From contig JAQBVF010000017.1 of assembly GCA_027623675.1 (NCBI GenBank), positions 14,185 to 78,184 of the forward strand: a DNA stretch of 64,000 bases, read 5' to 3'. The notes beneath the pieces were generated by a model. That model had not been told where the DNA came from and did not search any database. It saw only the letters and a program-made list of their open reading frames with translations. The position numbers and the translations under genes are program-made. This DNA is from Chloroflexota bacterium. GTDB taxonomy: Bacteria; Chloroflexota; Dehalococcoidia; Lucifugimonadales; UBA3495. Below, one piece after another: positions 1 to 8,984 of this stretch. Numbering within the stretch: position 1 is the stretch's first letter; the number at the start of each line of letters is the position of its first letter.

Positions 1-555
1 TGACTGCTTGCCAAAATCTTCAAGGTCCAGAGAGTCAATGAAGTCGGTGAAGGCAGACATGCTTTTTATCTCTTCCGGCTTGACCTCGGGAGTTCCCCCT
101 TCCGGGTTGGTATCTCCGCTCGTCATCTCCGGGGTCAGGGGCTTGCCGGTTTCCTTGTCCAGGTGGATACCGGCCTTGTCCATAACCTCTTCATTGGCGT
201 AGATTGGCACCTGGGCCCTGACCGCCAAGGCCACCGCGTCGCTGGGCCGGCAGTCAATCTCTTTGGCCTCGCCATTGCTCATGATCGTGATCTTGGCGTA
301 GAAGGTGTCGTTCTGAAGGTCGCAGACCAAGATGTGGTCTATCGAGCCTCCCAGGGAGTCGATGATGGTCCCCAGCAGGTCGTGGGTCAAGGGCCGGGGC
401 ACGCTCAGATCCTGGAGTTTGACCGCGATGGCGTCAGCTTCCGCGGGCCCGATCCAGATCGGCAGATAGCGGTCGGATAGCTTTTCGCGCAGAATCACGA
501 CGCGCTGGTAATTCATGGGGCTGACCCGGATGCTGTCTACGGTCATTTCGAGCAT
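1..555 (-). CDS. Bifunctional nuclease family protein (DUF151/DNase-RNase), runs off the window edge
   Basis: Not in ORF track. Manual translation from ATG at 555: MLEMTVDSIRVSPMNYQRVVILREKLSDRYLPIWIGPAEADAIA...RPLTHDLL...DTFYAKI...DCRPSDAVALAVR. No stop before position 1. Confidence 0.9.
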   Translation of the reverse strand, partial: MLEMTVDSIRVSPMNYQRVVILREKLSDRYLPIWIGPAEADAIAVKLQDLSVPRPLTHDLLGTIIDSLGGSIDHILVCDLQNDTFYAKITIMSNGEAKEIDCRPSDAVALAVRAQVPIYANEEVMDKAGIHLDKETGKPLTPEMTSGDTNPEGGTPEVKPEEIKSMSAFTDFIDSLDLEDFGKQS

Positions 556-952
556 GCAGTTGTTGGCCTCCGAGGTTTGTCCGGCGCTCTGGCAAAATTG
601 TAGTCCTCGGGCAAATTGTGTGTCAACCCGACGCACGCGTGCGCCATGCCTAGACGCATGCCCAGTGAAGGCGGCGGGTTGCCAAGAATTTGGGCTGGTC
701 CCGCGCCCAGGCCACGCACCTTGGCCCCGCGGGAGGAATCCTATGGATAAGACCGGGAACTCCATCATTGATAGCTCGGAAGGCCCGCCAACTGGCCCGT
801 TAATCCCCTGCTCCGCCGATGACGGCCGGCGGCAGACTGCGCCCAACGCCCGGACGCTCCCAGGTATCTCGAGGGTATAATAACCTCTCGAAGCAGATCG
901 TATTCGGGCAGCATCGGTTACACCCGTTACGCCCGTGTCACCGGAGGACAAG

Positions 953-3493
953 ATGCCTAGACGCAAGAAGCAAAATACAACGACTGACCCAGGCACCGAA
1001 GCTGCGACGAATGCTGGGACGAAGGCTGCCAGCGCGCTGGCGGATAGATTCCGGGTGGAGTGGGACAGAACCACCTGGAACCAGAATATGGAAGTCTTTT
1101 CGTTCCAATGCACCGACGAATTGACACCCCTTGACCATTTCATCGGCCAGGAACGGGCGCAGGACGCGATCCGGTTCGGGCTGGAAGTCGACAAGCCGGG
1201 CTACAACCTCTTTGTCACCGGTCTCACCGGGACCGGTAAAACCAGCGCCATCCAAGCCCATCTGCAGAGCATAGTCGATGGCCTGGACAGCCAAGAGAAA
1301 CGCCGTCCCATCAGTGACTGGGCCTATGTGTACAACTTTGAGGACCCTGATCGGCCAAAGTCGGTGCGCCTTCCCCGCGGCACCGGCAAGGTTTACCGGG
1401 CGCAGCTCGCCACGGCCCTCAAGACCCTCCAAGACGAGATTCCCAAAGTCCTGAGAAGTGAGGGTTTTGAGGCCCAGGCCCGCACCCAAGAGGAGTCCGA
1501 CCGCAAGGCGACCCAGGAATTGATGAACGACTTGGAGCGCTCCGGGCAAGAGGCTGACTTCGCCGTGCAGCTTACTCCCAACGGGATCACCATCTTCCCA
1601 ATGACCGACGGACGCCCCATGACCCCAGAGGAGTACCAAGCGCTGGAACCTGAACCGAAGCAGGCCATCGACGCGGTCCGGGCCAAGTTGATGCAGCAGA
1701 CCCAGGAGACCATGGCCAAGATCAGGGTGCTGGAGAAGGCTTCGGCCCAGCGGATGCAGGAATTGGAGCGCGATGCCGGCGCCCAATTGGTCGAGCAGGT
1801 TTTCTTTGAACTGCGCGCGCTTTCCCAAGACATTCCAGAGGTCCAGGAATTCCTAACTGCTCTAGGCGAATACGTGCTGGAAAACCTCGGTCAATTCAAG
1901 GAGAAGGAGGGACCAACCCCGATGCTGGGCACGATGCCCCCCGGTCCGGTCGGCGCCGGCACTGCTCTGGGAATCAATCCCTTTTTACCTTTTGAGTTGA
2001 ATGTGCTGGTGGACAACACCGCCGTCGAGAAACTGCCCATCATAATCGAGGCAAACCCCAACTGGGGCAATCTGTTCGGCCGCATCGAGCGCCGCGCCAT
2101 CATGGGCGCCTATATCAGCGACCACAGAATGCTCAAGCCGGGAGCAGCCCATCTGGCCAACGGCGGCTACCTGGTGCTGAACGCCAGAGACGTGCTGATG
2201 GCGCCGGGAGCGTGGGAGGGCCTGAAAAGGGCCATCCGCAACCGCGAGGTGCGCCTGGAAGACCCTGCCGAGCAGACCGGACTGTTCATTCCCCAGGGAC
2301 TTCGGCCGGAGGCCGTGCCCCTGGACCTGAAGGTTATCGTGACCGGAGATGAAAGCATCTACCGCCTGCTGACCTCCGCCGACAACGAAGATTTCTGGGA
2401 CCTGTTTAAGGTGAAGGCTGAATTTGATTACCGGGTGGACCTTAACGAAGAGAACATGATGGCCTACTGCGCCTTCATCTGCCGCACTTGCGAGGATGAA
2501 GGGTTGCTGCCCTTCGAGACCGGCGGCGCGGCCCGCGTCTTGGAGTTCGGCGCTCGCCAGGTCTCCGACCAGACCAAACTCTCCACCCGGTTCGGGCAGA
2601 TCAAAGACCTGCTGATCGAAGCCGACTACTGGGCACGTAAAGACGACGTACACATGGTGCAAGACCATCACGTGCGGCAGGCGGTGAACCAGAAGATCTA
2701 CCGCCTGAATCTGGTGGAGGAGCGCTTGATGGAGATGGTGGCCGACGGCTCACTGTTGCTGGATGTGACCGGTGAAGAGGTGGGCCAGATCAACGGATTG
2801 GCGGTCTACGACCTGGGTGACTTCAGCTTTGGCCGTCCGACTCGGATCACCGCACAGACCTTTGCCGGCCGGGAAGGGTTCATAAACATCGAGCGGGAAG
2901 CATCCATGAGCGGCCGTACCCACGACAAGGGCGTCTTGATCTTGAGCGGCTACCTGGGCGCCAAATTCGGTCACTACCGGCCGCTAACACTGTCGGCCAG
3001 CCTCTGTTTTGAGCAGTCGTACGATGGAGTGGACGGTGACAGCGCATCTTCCACCGAGATATACGCCATATCCTCCAGCCTGTCCGGTCTGCCGCTGCGC
3101 CAAGACATCGCGGTGACCGGGTCGGTGAACCAACTTGGCGACATCCAACCCATCGGCGGGGTCAACCAAAAGGTGGAGGGCATGTTCGACGTTTGCCGGA
3201 CCACGACCGGGCTCACCGGGTCGCAGGGCGTAATCATCCCCCACCAAAACGTAAAGAACCTGATGCTCAGGGACGACGTGGTGGAGGCCATCCGGGACGG
3301 GAGATTTCACATCTACTCGGTCAAAACCATCGACGAAGGACTTGAGATACTTACCGGCCGGCCCGCCGGGGTAGCGGACGAGTCCGGGGCCTACCCGGAG
3401 GGAACAGTGAACCACCTGATCGCCAAACGGTTGGGGGAACTGAACGATTCGATGCGGGGTTATTTCCAGGGGATGATGTCCAACGCCAGCTAA
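953..3493 (+). CDS. Lon-like protease, LonC/AAA_32 type (S16 family)
   Basis: Walker A GLTGTGKT, long coiled-coil insert, degenerate Walker B (YLVLNARD), C-terminal DGDSAS Ser and GGVNQK Lys dyad. ATG 953 follows GGAGG. Confidence 0.88.
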   Translation: MPRRKKQNTTTDPGTEAATNAGTKAASALADRFRVEWDRTTWNQNMEVFSFQCTDELTPLDHFIGQERAQDAIRFGLEVDKPGYNLFVTGLTGTGKTSAIQAHLQSIVDGLDSQEKRRPISDWAYVYNFEDPDRPKSVRLPRGTGKVYRAQLATALKTLQDEIPKVLRSEGFEAQARTQEESDRKATQELMNDLERSGQEADFAVQLTPNGITIFPMTDGRPMTPEEYQALEPEPKQAIDAVRAKLMQQTQETMAKIRVLEKASAQRMQELERDAGAQLVEQVFFELRALSQDIPEVQEFLTALGEYVLENLGQFKEKEGPTPMLGTMPPGPVGAGTALGINPFLPFELNVLVDNTAVEKLPIIIEANPNWGNLFGRIERRAIMGAYISDHRMLKPGAAHLANGGYLVLNARDVLMAPGAWEGLKRAIRNREVRLEDPAEQTGLFIPQGLRPEAVPLDLKVIVTGDESIYRLLTSADNEDFWDLFKVKAEFDYRVDLNEENMMAYCAFICRTCEDEGLLPFETGGAARVLEFGARQVSDQTKLSTRFGQIKDLLIEADYWARKDDVHMVQDHHVRQAVNQKIYRLNLVEERLMEMVADGSLLLDVTGEEVGQINGLAVYDLGDFSFGRPTRITAQTFAGREGFINIEREASMSGRTHDKGVLILSGYLGAKFGHYRPLTLSASLCFEQSYDGVDGDSASSTEIYAISSSLSGLPLRQDIAVTGSVNQLGDIQPIGGVNQKVEGMFDVCRTTTGLTGSQGVIIPHQNVKNLMLRDDVVEAIRDGRFHIYSVKTIDEGLEILTGRPAGVADESGAYPEGTVNHLIAKRLGELNDSMRGYFQGMMSNAS

Positions 3494-3657
3494 CTGGCTT
3501 TCAGCCTCAGTTGGCGGAACCCGGCCCCAGACTAGAACGAGCCACGGCTAGCCTCCCCGTTCGGGGCGGTATCCGCGGCTCGTTGATCCATTCCCTTTTG
3601 GTTTGCTTTGGTTCGCGGCAGGGAAAGCCCGGCGACGGCTGACCGAGATGCCTGGCG

Positions 3658-4197
3658 CTAGCGCGTCATACCGGCGGGGACGTCTTCCTCTTCGTAGCGG
3701 CGGGAGTTCATGCTGCCGGCGGCCTGAACGGCCAGCACCTGTATGCCCTTTCGCACCGAACCCACCAGCTTCTCCAGCTCCAGTTCCATGGTCCGCAAGC
3801 TGCGCAGGGCATAGGCGTCGGCCTCGGTCCGGCGGGATAGCGCCTCAGCCTCGGACTGCTGGAGCATCCGGGTGATGCGTTGTTCCGTTTCTTTGACCGT
3901 TTCCGCGGCCCTGGATTCAGCCTGGGTCACCACTTCGCTCTGGTTCAGGCGGTTGCGAAGTTCATCTTCGGCCTGAGACTTGGTGCGGCGGGCGTCGTTG
4001 ATGGCGGTGTTCAGTATCTGGTCTTTCTGAGACAACACGTCTTCCGCCGCGCGAATCTCCTCGGGAATGGTGAGACGCAGCTGGTCCACCAACTCCATAA
4101 TCTTTCTCTTGTCCAAGAGAATATTCCCGCTGACCGGGACCGATTTACTGGTTTCGACCAATGTTTCCAAACGGTCGATGATGTTTATGATATCGAT
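3658..4197 (-). CDS. Conserved coiled-coil protein downstream of coaD (DivIVA/ATP synthase b-like); start uncertain (ATC 4197 or TTG 4170)
   Basis: IDRLETLVETSKSVPVSGNILLD...LVDQLRLTIPEEIRAA followed by heptad-rich helix. Typical rsmD-coaD-hypothetical gene order. Confidence 0.8.
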   Translation of the reverse strand: MDIINIIDRLETLVETSKSVPVSGNILLDKRKIMELVDQLRLTIPEEIRAAEDVLSQKDQILNTAINDARRTKSQAEDELRNRLNQSEVVTQAESRAAETVKETEQRITRMLQQSEAEALSRRTEADAYALRSLRTMELELEKLVGSVRKGIQVLAVQAAGSMNSRRYEEEDVPAGMTR

Positions 4198-4218
4198 GAT
4201 TGCTACCCTCCCCGGCCA

Positions 4219-4713
4219 CTACCCTTCTAAGACCGGTAATCCGAATTTTGAATAGACTGCCTTGGCAACGTTTGGCGGGACCATCTCGTTGATGTTTCCC
4301 CCTAGTTTGGCTACCTCCTTGAGCAAACTGGCGCTGACGAACATGTAATCCTGGGAGGTCATGAAGCAGACCAGGTCAACGTCAGGCTCCAACCTCCGGT
4401 TCATGAATGCCATGTCGAATTCGTATTCAAAGTCCGAGCCGCTTCTCAAGCCTCGCACTATCGCTTCGGCGCCGATGTCTTTGGCGAACCGCACCACTAG
4501 GCCGGAGAACCTCACAACCTCCACATTCGGTAGGTGTGAACACGATTCCTTCATCAGCCGCTCTCTTTCGTCGGTGTTAAAGAGCAGGTTCTTTGAGGGC
4601 GTCTCGTAGATCGCGACAACCACCTTATCGAAGAGTCTGGCGGCCCTTGTCGCGATGTCTACATGGCCCACGGTCACCGGATCAAAGCTACCGGGATATA
4701 GAGCGGTTACCAT
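4219..4713 (-). CDS. coaD: Phosphopantetheine adenylyltransferase
   Basis: YPGSFDPVTVGH, RGLR, DFEYE motifs. Confidence 0.97.
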   Translation of the reverse strand: MVTALYPGSFDPVTVGHVDIATRAARLFDKVVVAIYETPSKNLLFNTDERERLMKESCSHLPNVEVVRFSGLVVRFAKDIGAEAIVRGLRSGSDFEYEFDMAFMNRRLEPDVDLVCFMTSQDYMFVSASLLKEVAKLGGNINEMVPPNVAKAVYSKFGLPVLEG

Positions 4714-5366
4714 GATGGGTCACCAGCCAGGTCTCCGGAGGATCTCGTCTGAGTTTCCGTTTTCTGGTTCTCTATTACCTCGGGTCCGTCTTGCTTAGGG
4801 TTATCTGTATCTTGAACTTGCTCGTAAACAAAAAAATCGACCACGTTGTCTCCGTACCGGCGATGTGATGTTAGTCGTAGGGGTCCGTATCTTTCCTTTA
4901 GATCCTCACGCTTGGAGTGCCCTGCAATCACCACGCCACCATCGACAATCAGCCCTGACTGAGAAGCGATCTTCTCCATCAGATCGTCCAATCCGCCCAT
5001 CTTGTAGGGTGGGTCCAATAGCACCAGGGCGTAGCGTCCCGGTAGTGTCCGGAGGGCCTGGACCGCGTCCACCCGGTGTACCTGGCCCTGCTTAGCGAAG
5101 CCGGTGGTTTCCAGGTTGCTGGTTATGACGGCGCTCTGCCGCCGGTCCCACTCCACCAGGTCCGCCCAGCCCGCTCCGTGGCTTAAAGCCTCGATGCCCA
5201 GACTGCCGGACCCCGCGAAGAGGTCCAACACCCTGCCTTCCTGGTACCGAACAGGGTCTAAAATGTTAAAAATGGCCGCCCGCACCCGCTCGGTCGTGGC
5301 GCGGGTACCGGGACTGACGGCCCCTTTGAGCCGCCGGCCTTTTGCGATGCCACCTGCTACACGCAT
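4707..5366 (-). CDS. rsmD: 16S rRNA (guanine966-N2)-methyltransferase
   Basis: MRVAGGIAKGRRL, LDLFAGSGSLGIEALS, LDPPY motifs. Overlaps the coaD start. Confidence 0.93.
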   Translation of the reverse strand: MRVAGGIAKGRRLKGAVSPGTRATTERVRAAIFNILDPVRYQEGRVLDLFAGSGSLGIEALSHGAGWADLVEWDRRQSAVITSNLETTGFAKQGQVHRVDAVQALRTLPGRYALVLLDPPYKMGGLDDLMEKIASQSGLIVDGGVVIAGHSKREDLKERYGPLRLTSHRRYGDNVVDFFVYEQVQDTDNPKQDGPEVIENQKTETQTRSSGDLAGDPSW

Positions 5367-5555
5367 GCCGTTAACCATGGCGTTCGCATGTGCCTGATAG
5401 GGCTGAATTATACATAATGTGAAGCGCTGTTCCTAGTAAATTGGCCGTGAATTTTGACTAATTTTATATTATTTTTATATTATGATGAGTTAGCTAGGAT
5501 GCTAAACCAAGCCCGTTGATGCCTTAAGACCGCCTGCCGGCCTCGCCTGGCAATA

Positions 5556-5584
5556 TTGACGCTAATAGGGGCCTGTGCTAACAT
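5556..5584 (+). promoter_or_regulatory. Sigma70-type promoter for ribF-tyrS
   Basis: TTGACG-17 bp-TAACAT with TG extension. Confidence 0.55.
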
Positions 5585-5757
5585 CGGGCGCACCCAGATA
5601 CCCTTGTTTTACGCTCAAAAATCGCTGTTTTGCAACCTGTCCAAATCGTTGCCTGCCGGTCTTAGGGCCGAACACCCCGCAGGCGCTTCGGGACCAGCCC
5701 GATGACGAATGAGCAGCGCGAGGCCGGGGAATACCGCCTAATTGGAACTAATCAGGA

Positions 5758-6687
5758 ATGACCTTTCGCCAGATTTTGGCCAGCGCCGCGCCCAGCAAAG
5801 GGACCGTCGTCACCGTCGGGGTCTTCGACGGCGTTCATAAGGGACACCGTCACCTACTGCACCGTGTGGTCGAATTGGCCGGAGACCAGTACATTCCTGC
5901 AGTTGTCACCTTCTCCAACCGCCCCATAACCGTCCTACGGCCCGGAACCGAACCTAGCTACCTTACCACGCTGGACCAGCGTATCGAACTCATCAAACAG
6001 GCCGGCATCGAACTGGTGGTCTGCCTTGAGTTTACCCATGAATTGTCCCATGTATCCGCGGCGGATTTCGCCGGCATGCTGTCCGAGTCTCTGAACATGA
6101 AAGGGCTGGTCCTCGGCCCCGACTCGGCCTTGGGCCGAGACCGGCAGGGCGACTTGGCATTCATGCGCCAACAGGGCGAGCGATTGGACTTTTGGGCCGA
6201 GGCCGTGGAGCCATTGGACATCGAAGGGAAGCCGGTGAAGAGCCGGCGCATCCGCGAAGCAGTGGCCAGCGGCAACATGGATGTCTGCCCTGAGTTATTG
6301 GGCCGGTATCATTCCCTGACCGGGACCGTGGTGGTCGGCGACCAACGGGGCCGCACCCTGGGATTCCCCACCGCCAACGTGGAGGTTGATTCCCAATTGC
6401 TGCTGCCTGGCGACGGGATCTACGCAACCTGGGCCACCATCGACGGCAAGCGCCATCAGGCCGCCACCAGCATCGGCGTTCGCCCCACGTTTGGGCTGAC
6501 CCAGCGGCTGGTGGAAGTCTTCGTCATGGACTTCAGCGCAGACCTCTACGGCAAGACCGTGGGCGTGGAGTTCATCAAGAAGGTCCGCGACCAGGAGAGA
6601 TTCGACGGCCTGGACGCGCTGGTCAAGCAGATCCATCAGGATGTCGACGAATGCCGGAAAGTCCTGAACCAAGACCGGATCCGTTAG
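5758..6687 (+). CDS. ribF: Bifunctional riboflavin kinase/FAD synthetase
   Basis: GVFDGVHKGH, GRTLGFPTAN, GVRPTF motifs. Confidence 0.96.
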   Translation: MTFRQILASAAPSKGTVVTVGVFDGVHKGHRHLLHRVVELAGDQYIPAVVTFSNRPITVLRPGTEPSYLTTLDQRIELIKQAGIELVVCLEFTHELSHVSAADFAGMLSESLNMKGLVLGPDSALGRDRQGDLAFMRQQGERLDFWAEAVEPLDIEGKPVKSRRIREAVASGNMDVCPELLGRYHSLTGTVVVGDQRGRTLGFPTANVEVDSQLLLPGDGIYATWATIDGKRHQAATSIGVRPTFGLTQRLVEVFVMDFSADLYGKTVGVEFIKKVRDQERFDGLDALVKQIHQDVDECRKVLNQDRIR

Positions 6688-6688
6688 C

Positions 6689-7975
6689 ATGACCACCCCC
6701 GGCGCCATCAGTCCAGAAGACCTGGAATCGGTTATCACCCGAGGCGTTAGCGAGATCATCTCCCGGGAGGAGTTCGTCCGGCTGCTTCAGAGCGGCAAGC
6801 AGCTGCGCCTGAAGATGGGCTTCGACCCCAGCCGTCCCGACATCCATCTGGGCCACGTGGTCGGACTCCGCAAGCTGCGCCAACTGCAAGAACTTGGGCA
6901 CCAGGTCATCTTGATTGTCGGCGACTGGACCGCCCAGATCGGCGACCCCAGCGGCCAATCGGCCACCCGCACCATGCTCTCCCACGCCCAGGTGCTGGAG
7001 AACGCTCAGTCCTATCTCAGGCAGTTCTTCAAGGTGGTGGACCAGACCCGGGCCCAGGTGATCTACCAGAGTGAGTGGTTCGGCAAGTTTGACCTGGCCA
7101 AGGTCATTGAACTGACCGGCCGCTTCACCGTGGCCCAGTTCCTGCAACGGGCCGACTTCGCCCAGCGTTTCGCCGACCAGAAACCCATCGCCATCACCGA
7201 ACTGCTCTATCCGCTGCTCCAAGCCTACGACTCCGTGGAAATCAAGTCGGACGTCGAGTTCGGCGGCACCGACCAGATGTTCAATCTGCTGGTTGGCCGG
7301 GAACTGCAGGGCATGATGGGGCAAACCCCGCAGCAGTGTTTTATGATGCCCATCCTGGTGGGCACCGACGGCGTTATGAAGATGAGCAAGAGCCTAGACA
7401 ATTACGTGGCGGTCGACGAGCCGCCCGAGAATATGTACGGCAAGCTCATGTCGGTCTCCGATGAACAGATAATCTCCTACATGGAGTACCTGACCGACTT
7501 CCCCATGGCTGAGATCACCACGCTCGCAGGCGATTTTAAGAAAGGTCTCAATCCCATGGAGACCAAGAAGCGGTTGGCCTGGGACGTGACCCGCCAGTTC
7601 CACGACAAAGAAGCGGCCAACGCCGCCCAGGCCCACTTCGAGCGGGTGATCCAGGGGCGCGACCTGCCGGAGGACATACCGCAGTTCAATTTTAGAGCCT
7701 ACCGTGCGCAAGGATTGTTATTCGGGCCTCCGGAAGTTGTGGAAGGCGAGGCGTCTCTTAGCCCGGGCAACATGCTGCTCCAGATGTTGGTGGCCTCTGG
7801 GCTTGCGAAAAGTAACCGTGAGGCCAAAACGTTGTTAGACCAAGGCGGCATAGAATTGATAAAGCCCGATGGAGGGTCGACGAAATTAACCGTTCAATCC
7901 ACCGTGTCTGATTTGAATCGAGGTGATGTCATTAGAAGGGGCAAGCGGCGCTTCGTCCGGCTCACGGACTCCTAA
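6689..7975 (+). CDS. tyrS: Tyrosine--tRNA ligase
   Basis: GFDPS..HLGH, GGTDQ, KMSKS motifs; C-terminal S4-like domain. Confidence 0.97.
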   Translation: MTTPGAISPEDLESVITRGVSEIISREEFVRLLQSGKQLRLKMGFDPSRPDIHLGHVVGLRKLRQLQELGHQVILIVGDWTAQIGDPSGQSATRTMLSHAQVLENAQSYLRQFFKVVDQTRAQVIYQSEWFGKFDLAKVIELTGRFTVAQFLQRADFAQRFADQKPIAITELLYPLLQAYDSVEIKSDVEFGGTDQMFNLLVGRELQGMMGQTPQQCFMMPILVGTDGVMKMSKSLDNYVAVDEPPENMYGKLMSVSDEQIISYMEYLTDFPMAEITTLAGDFKKGLNPMETKKRLAWDVTRQFHDKEAANAAQAHFERVIQGRDLPEDIPQFNFRAYRAQGLLFGPPEVVEGEASLSPGNMLLQMLVASGLAKSNREAKTLLDQGGIELIKPDGGSTKLTVQSTVSDLNRGDVIRRGKRRFVRLTDS

Positions 7976-7990
7976 AGGGGGCACCCGGTA

Positions 7991-8884
7991 ATGGCGTCTT
8001 CCCCGCAACTCGACCGCGTCATTGGCATCATGAGGGGCATCCGGTCCCGGCCGCCCGCCGACATACAAGAAGCGCGGGCCGTGCTGGACGAAGCTTTCGG
8101 CTCCTTCCCAGCTTCGCCTGATGTGACCATGTTCGACATCGACTGCGGCGGGGTCCCCTGCCAATGGATCACCGCTCCGGACGTGCCCCAAGACCGGCTA
8201 ATCGTCTACTTCCACGGCGGGGCCTACGCCACCTGCTCATCGGCCACCCACCAAGACCTAATCTCGCGTCTGTCCCGCGCCTCAGGCGCCGCCGCCTTGG
8301 GCGTCGACTACCGGCTGGCGCCGGAGCATGTCTTCCCAGCGGCGGTGGAAGACTCGATAGCCGCCTACAACTGGGCGCTGGGTCACGGTTTCGAGCCGGG
8401 TAACATCGTTCTCGCCGGAGACTCCGCGGGAGCCGGCCTGGTTATCTCTGTCCTGCTGGCGTGCCGGGACGCAGGAACTCCCCTGCCCGCCGCCGGGGTC
8501 TGCCTATCGCCCTGGACCGACCTGGAGTGTGCCGGAAGGTCGATGGATGATAACGACCACCTGGACGATTTCATCAAGCGCGGCGGGCTTCTGGCCAGGG
8601 CCAAGGCGTATCTTGGTGACGCCGACGCAAGGCATCCATGGGCCTCCGCCCTGTACGCCGACCTGCATGGCCTGCCTCCGCTGTTGGTGCAGGTCGGCTC
8701 CGCTGAAACCCTGCTGGACGATTCAACCCGGCTGACGGACCTGGCGCAACAGGCCGGAGTGGATGTGACGCTGAAGATATGGGATGACATGGTCCACGTG
8801 TGGCAGGTCTTCGCCTCCATCCTCCCCGAGGGTCAGCGGTCCATCGATGAAGTGGCAATGTTCGTGCGGCGCCGGTTGGGTTAG
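7991..8884 (+). CDS. Alpha/beta hydrolase, HSL-family esterase
   Basis: HGGAY, DYRLAPEH, GDSAG motifs. Confidence 0.92.
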   Translation: MASSPQLDRVIGIMRGIRSRPPADIQEARAVLDEAFGSFPASPDVTMFDIDCGGVPCQWITAPDVPQDRLIVYFHGGAYATCSSATHQDLISRLSRASGAAALGVDYRLAPEHVFPAAVEDSIAAYNWALGHGFEPGNIVLAGDSAGAGLVISVLLACRDAGTPLPAAGVCLSPWTDLECAGRSMDDNDHLDDFIKRGGLLARAKAYLGDADARHPWASALYADLHGLPPLLVQVGSAETLLDDSTRLTDLAQQAGVDVTLKIWDDMVHVWQVFASILPEGQRSIDEVAMFVRRRLG

Positions 8885-8903
8885 GCGACGGCTCTTGGGT
8901 CCG

Positions 8904-8932
8904 TTGACACCAATCAGGCCTCTACTTAGACT
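8904..8932 (+). promoter_or_regulatory. Sigma70-type promoter for the acyl-CoA mutase gene
   Basis: TTGACA-17 bp-TAGACT. Confidence 0.6.
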
Positions 8933-8984
8933 GGGTTCCAGGCACTATAAATCGATCCAGCCGGCGGCCACCCGGAGGTGACTC

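Noticed and set aside
5400..5757. T-box or FMN riboswitch before ribF-tyrS
   Set aside because: No T-box or FMN aptamer consensus recognised.
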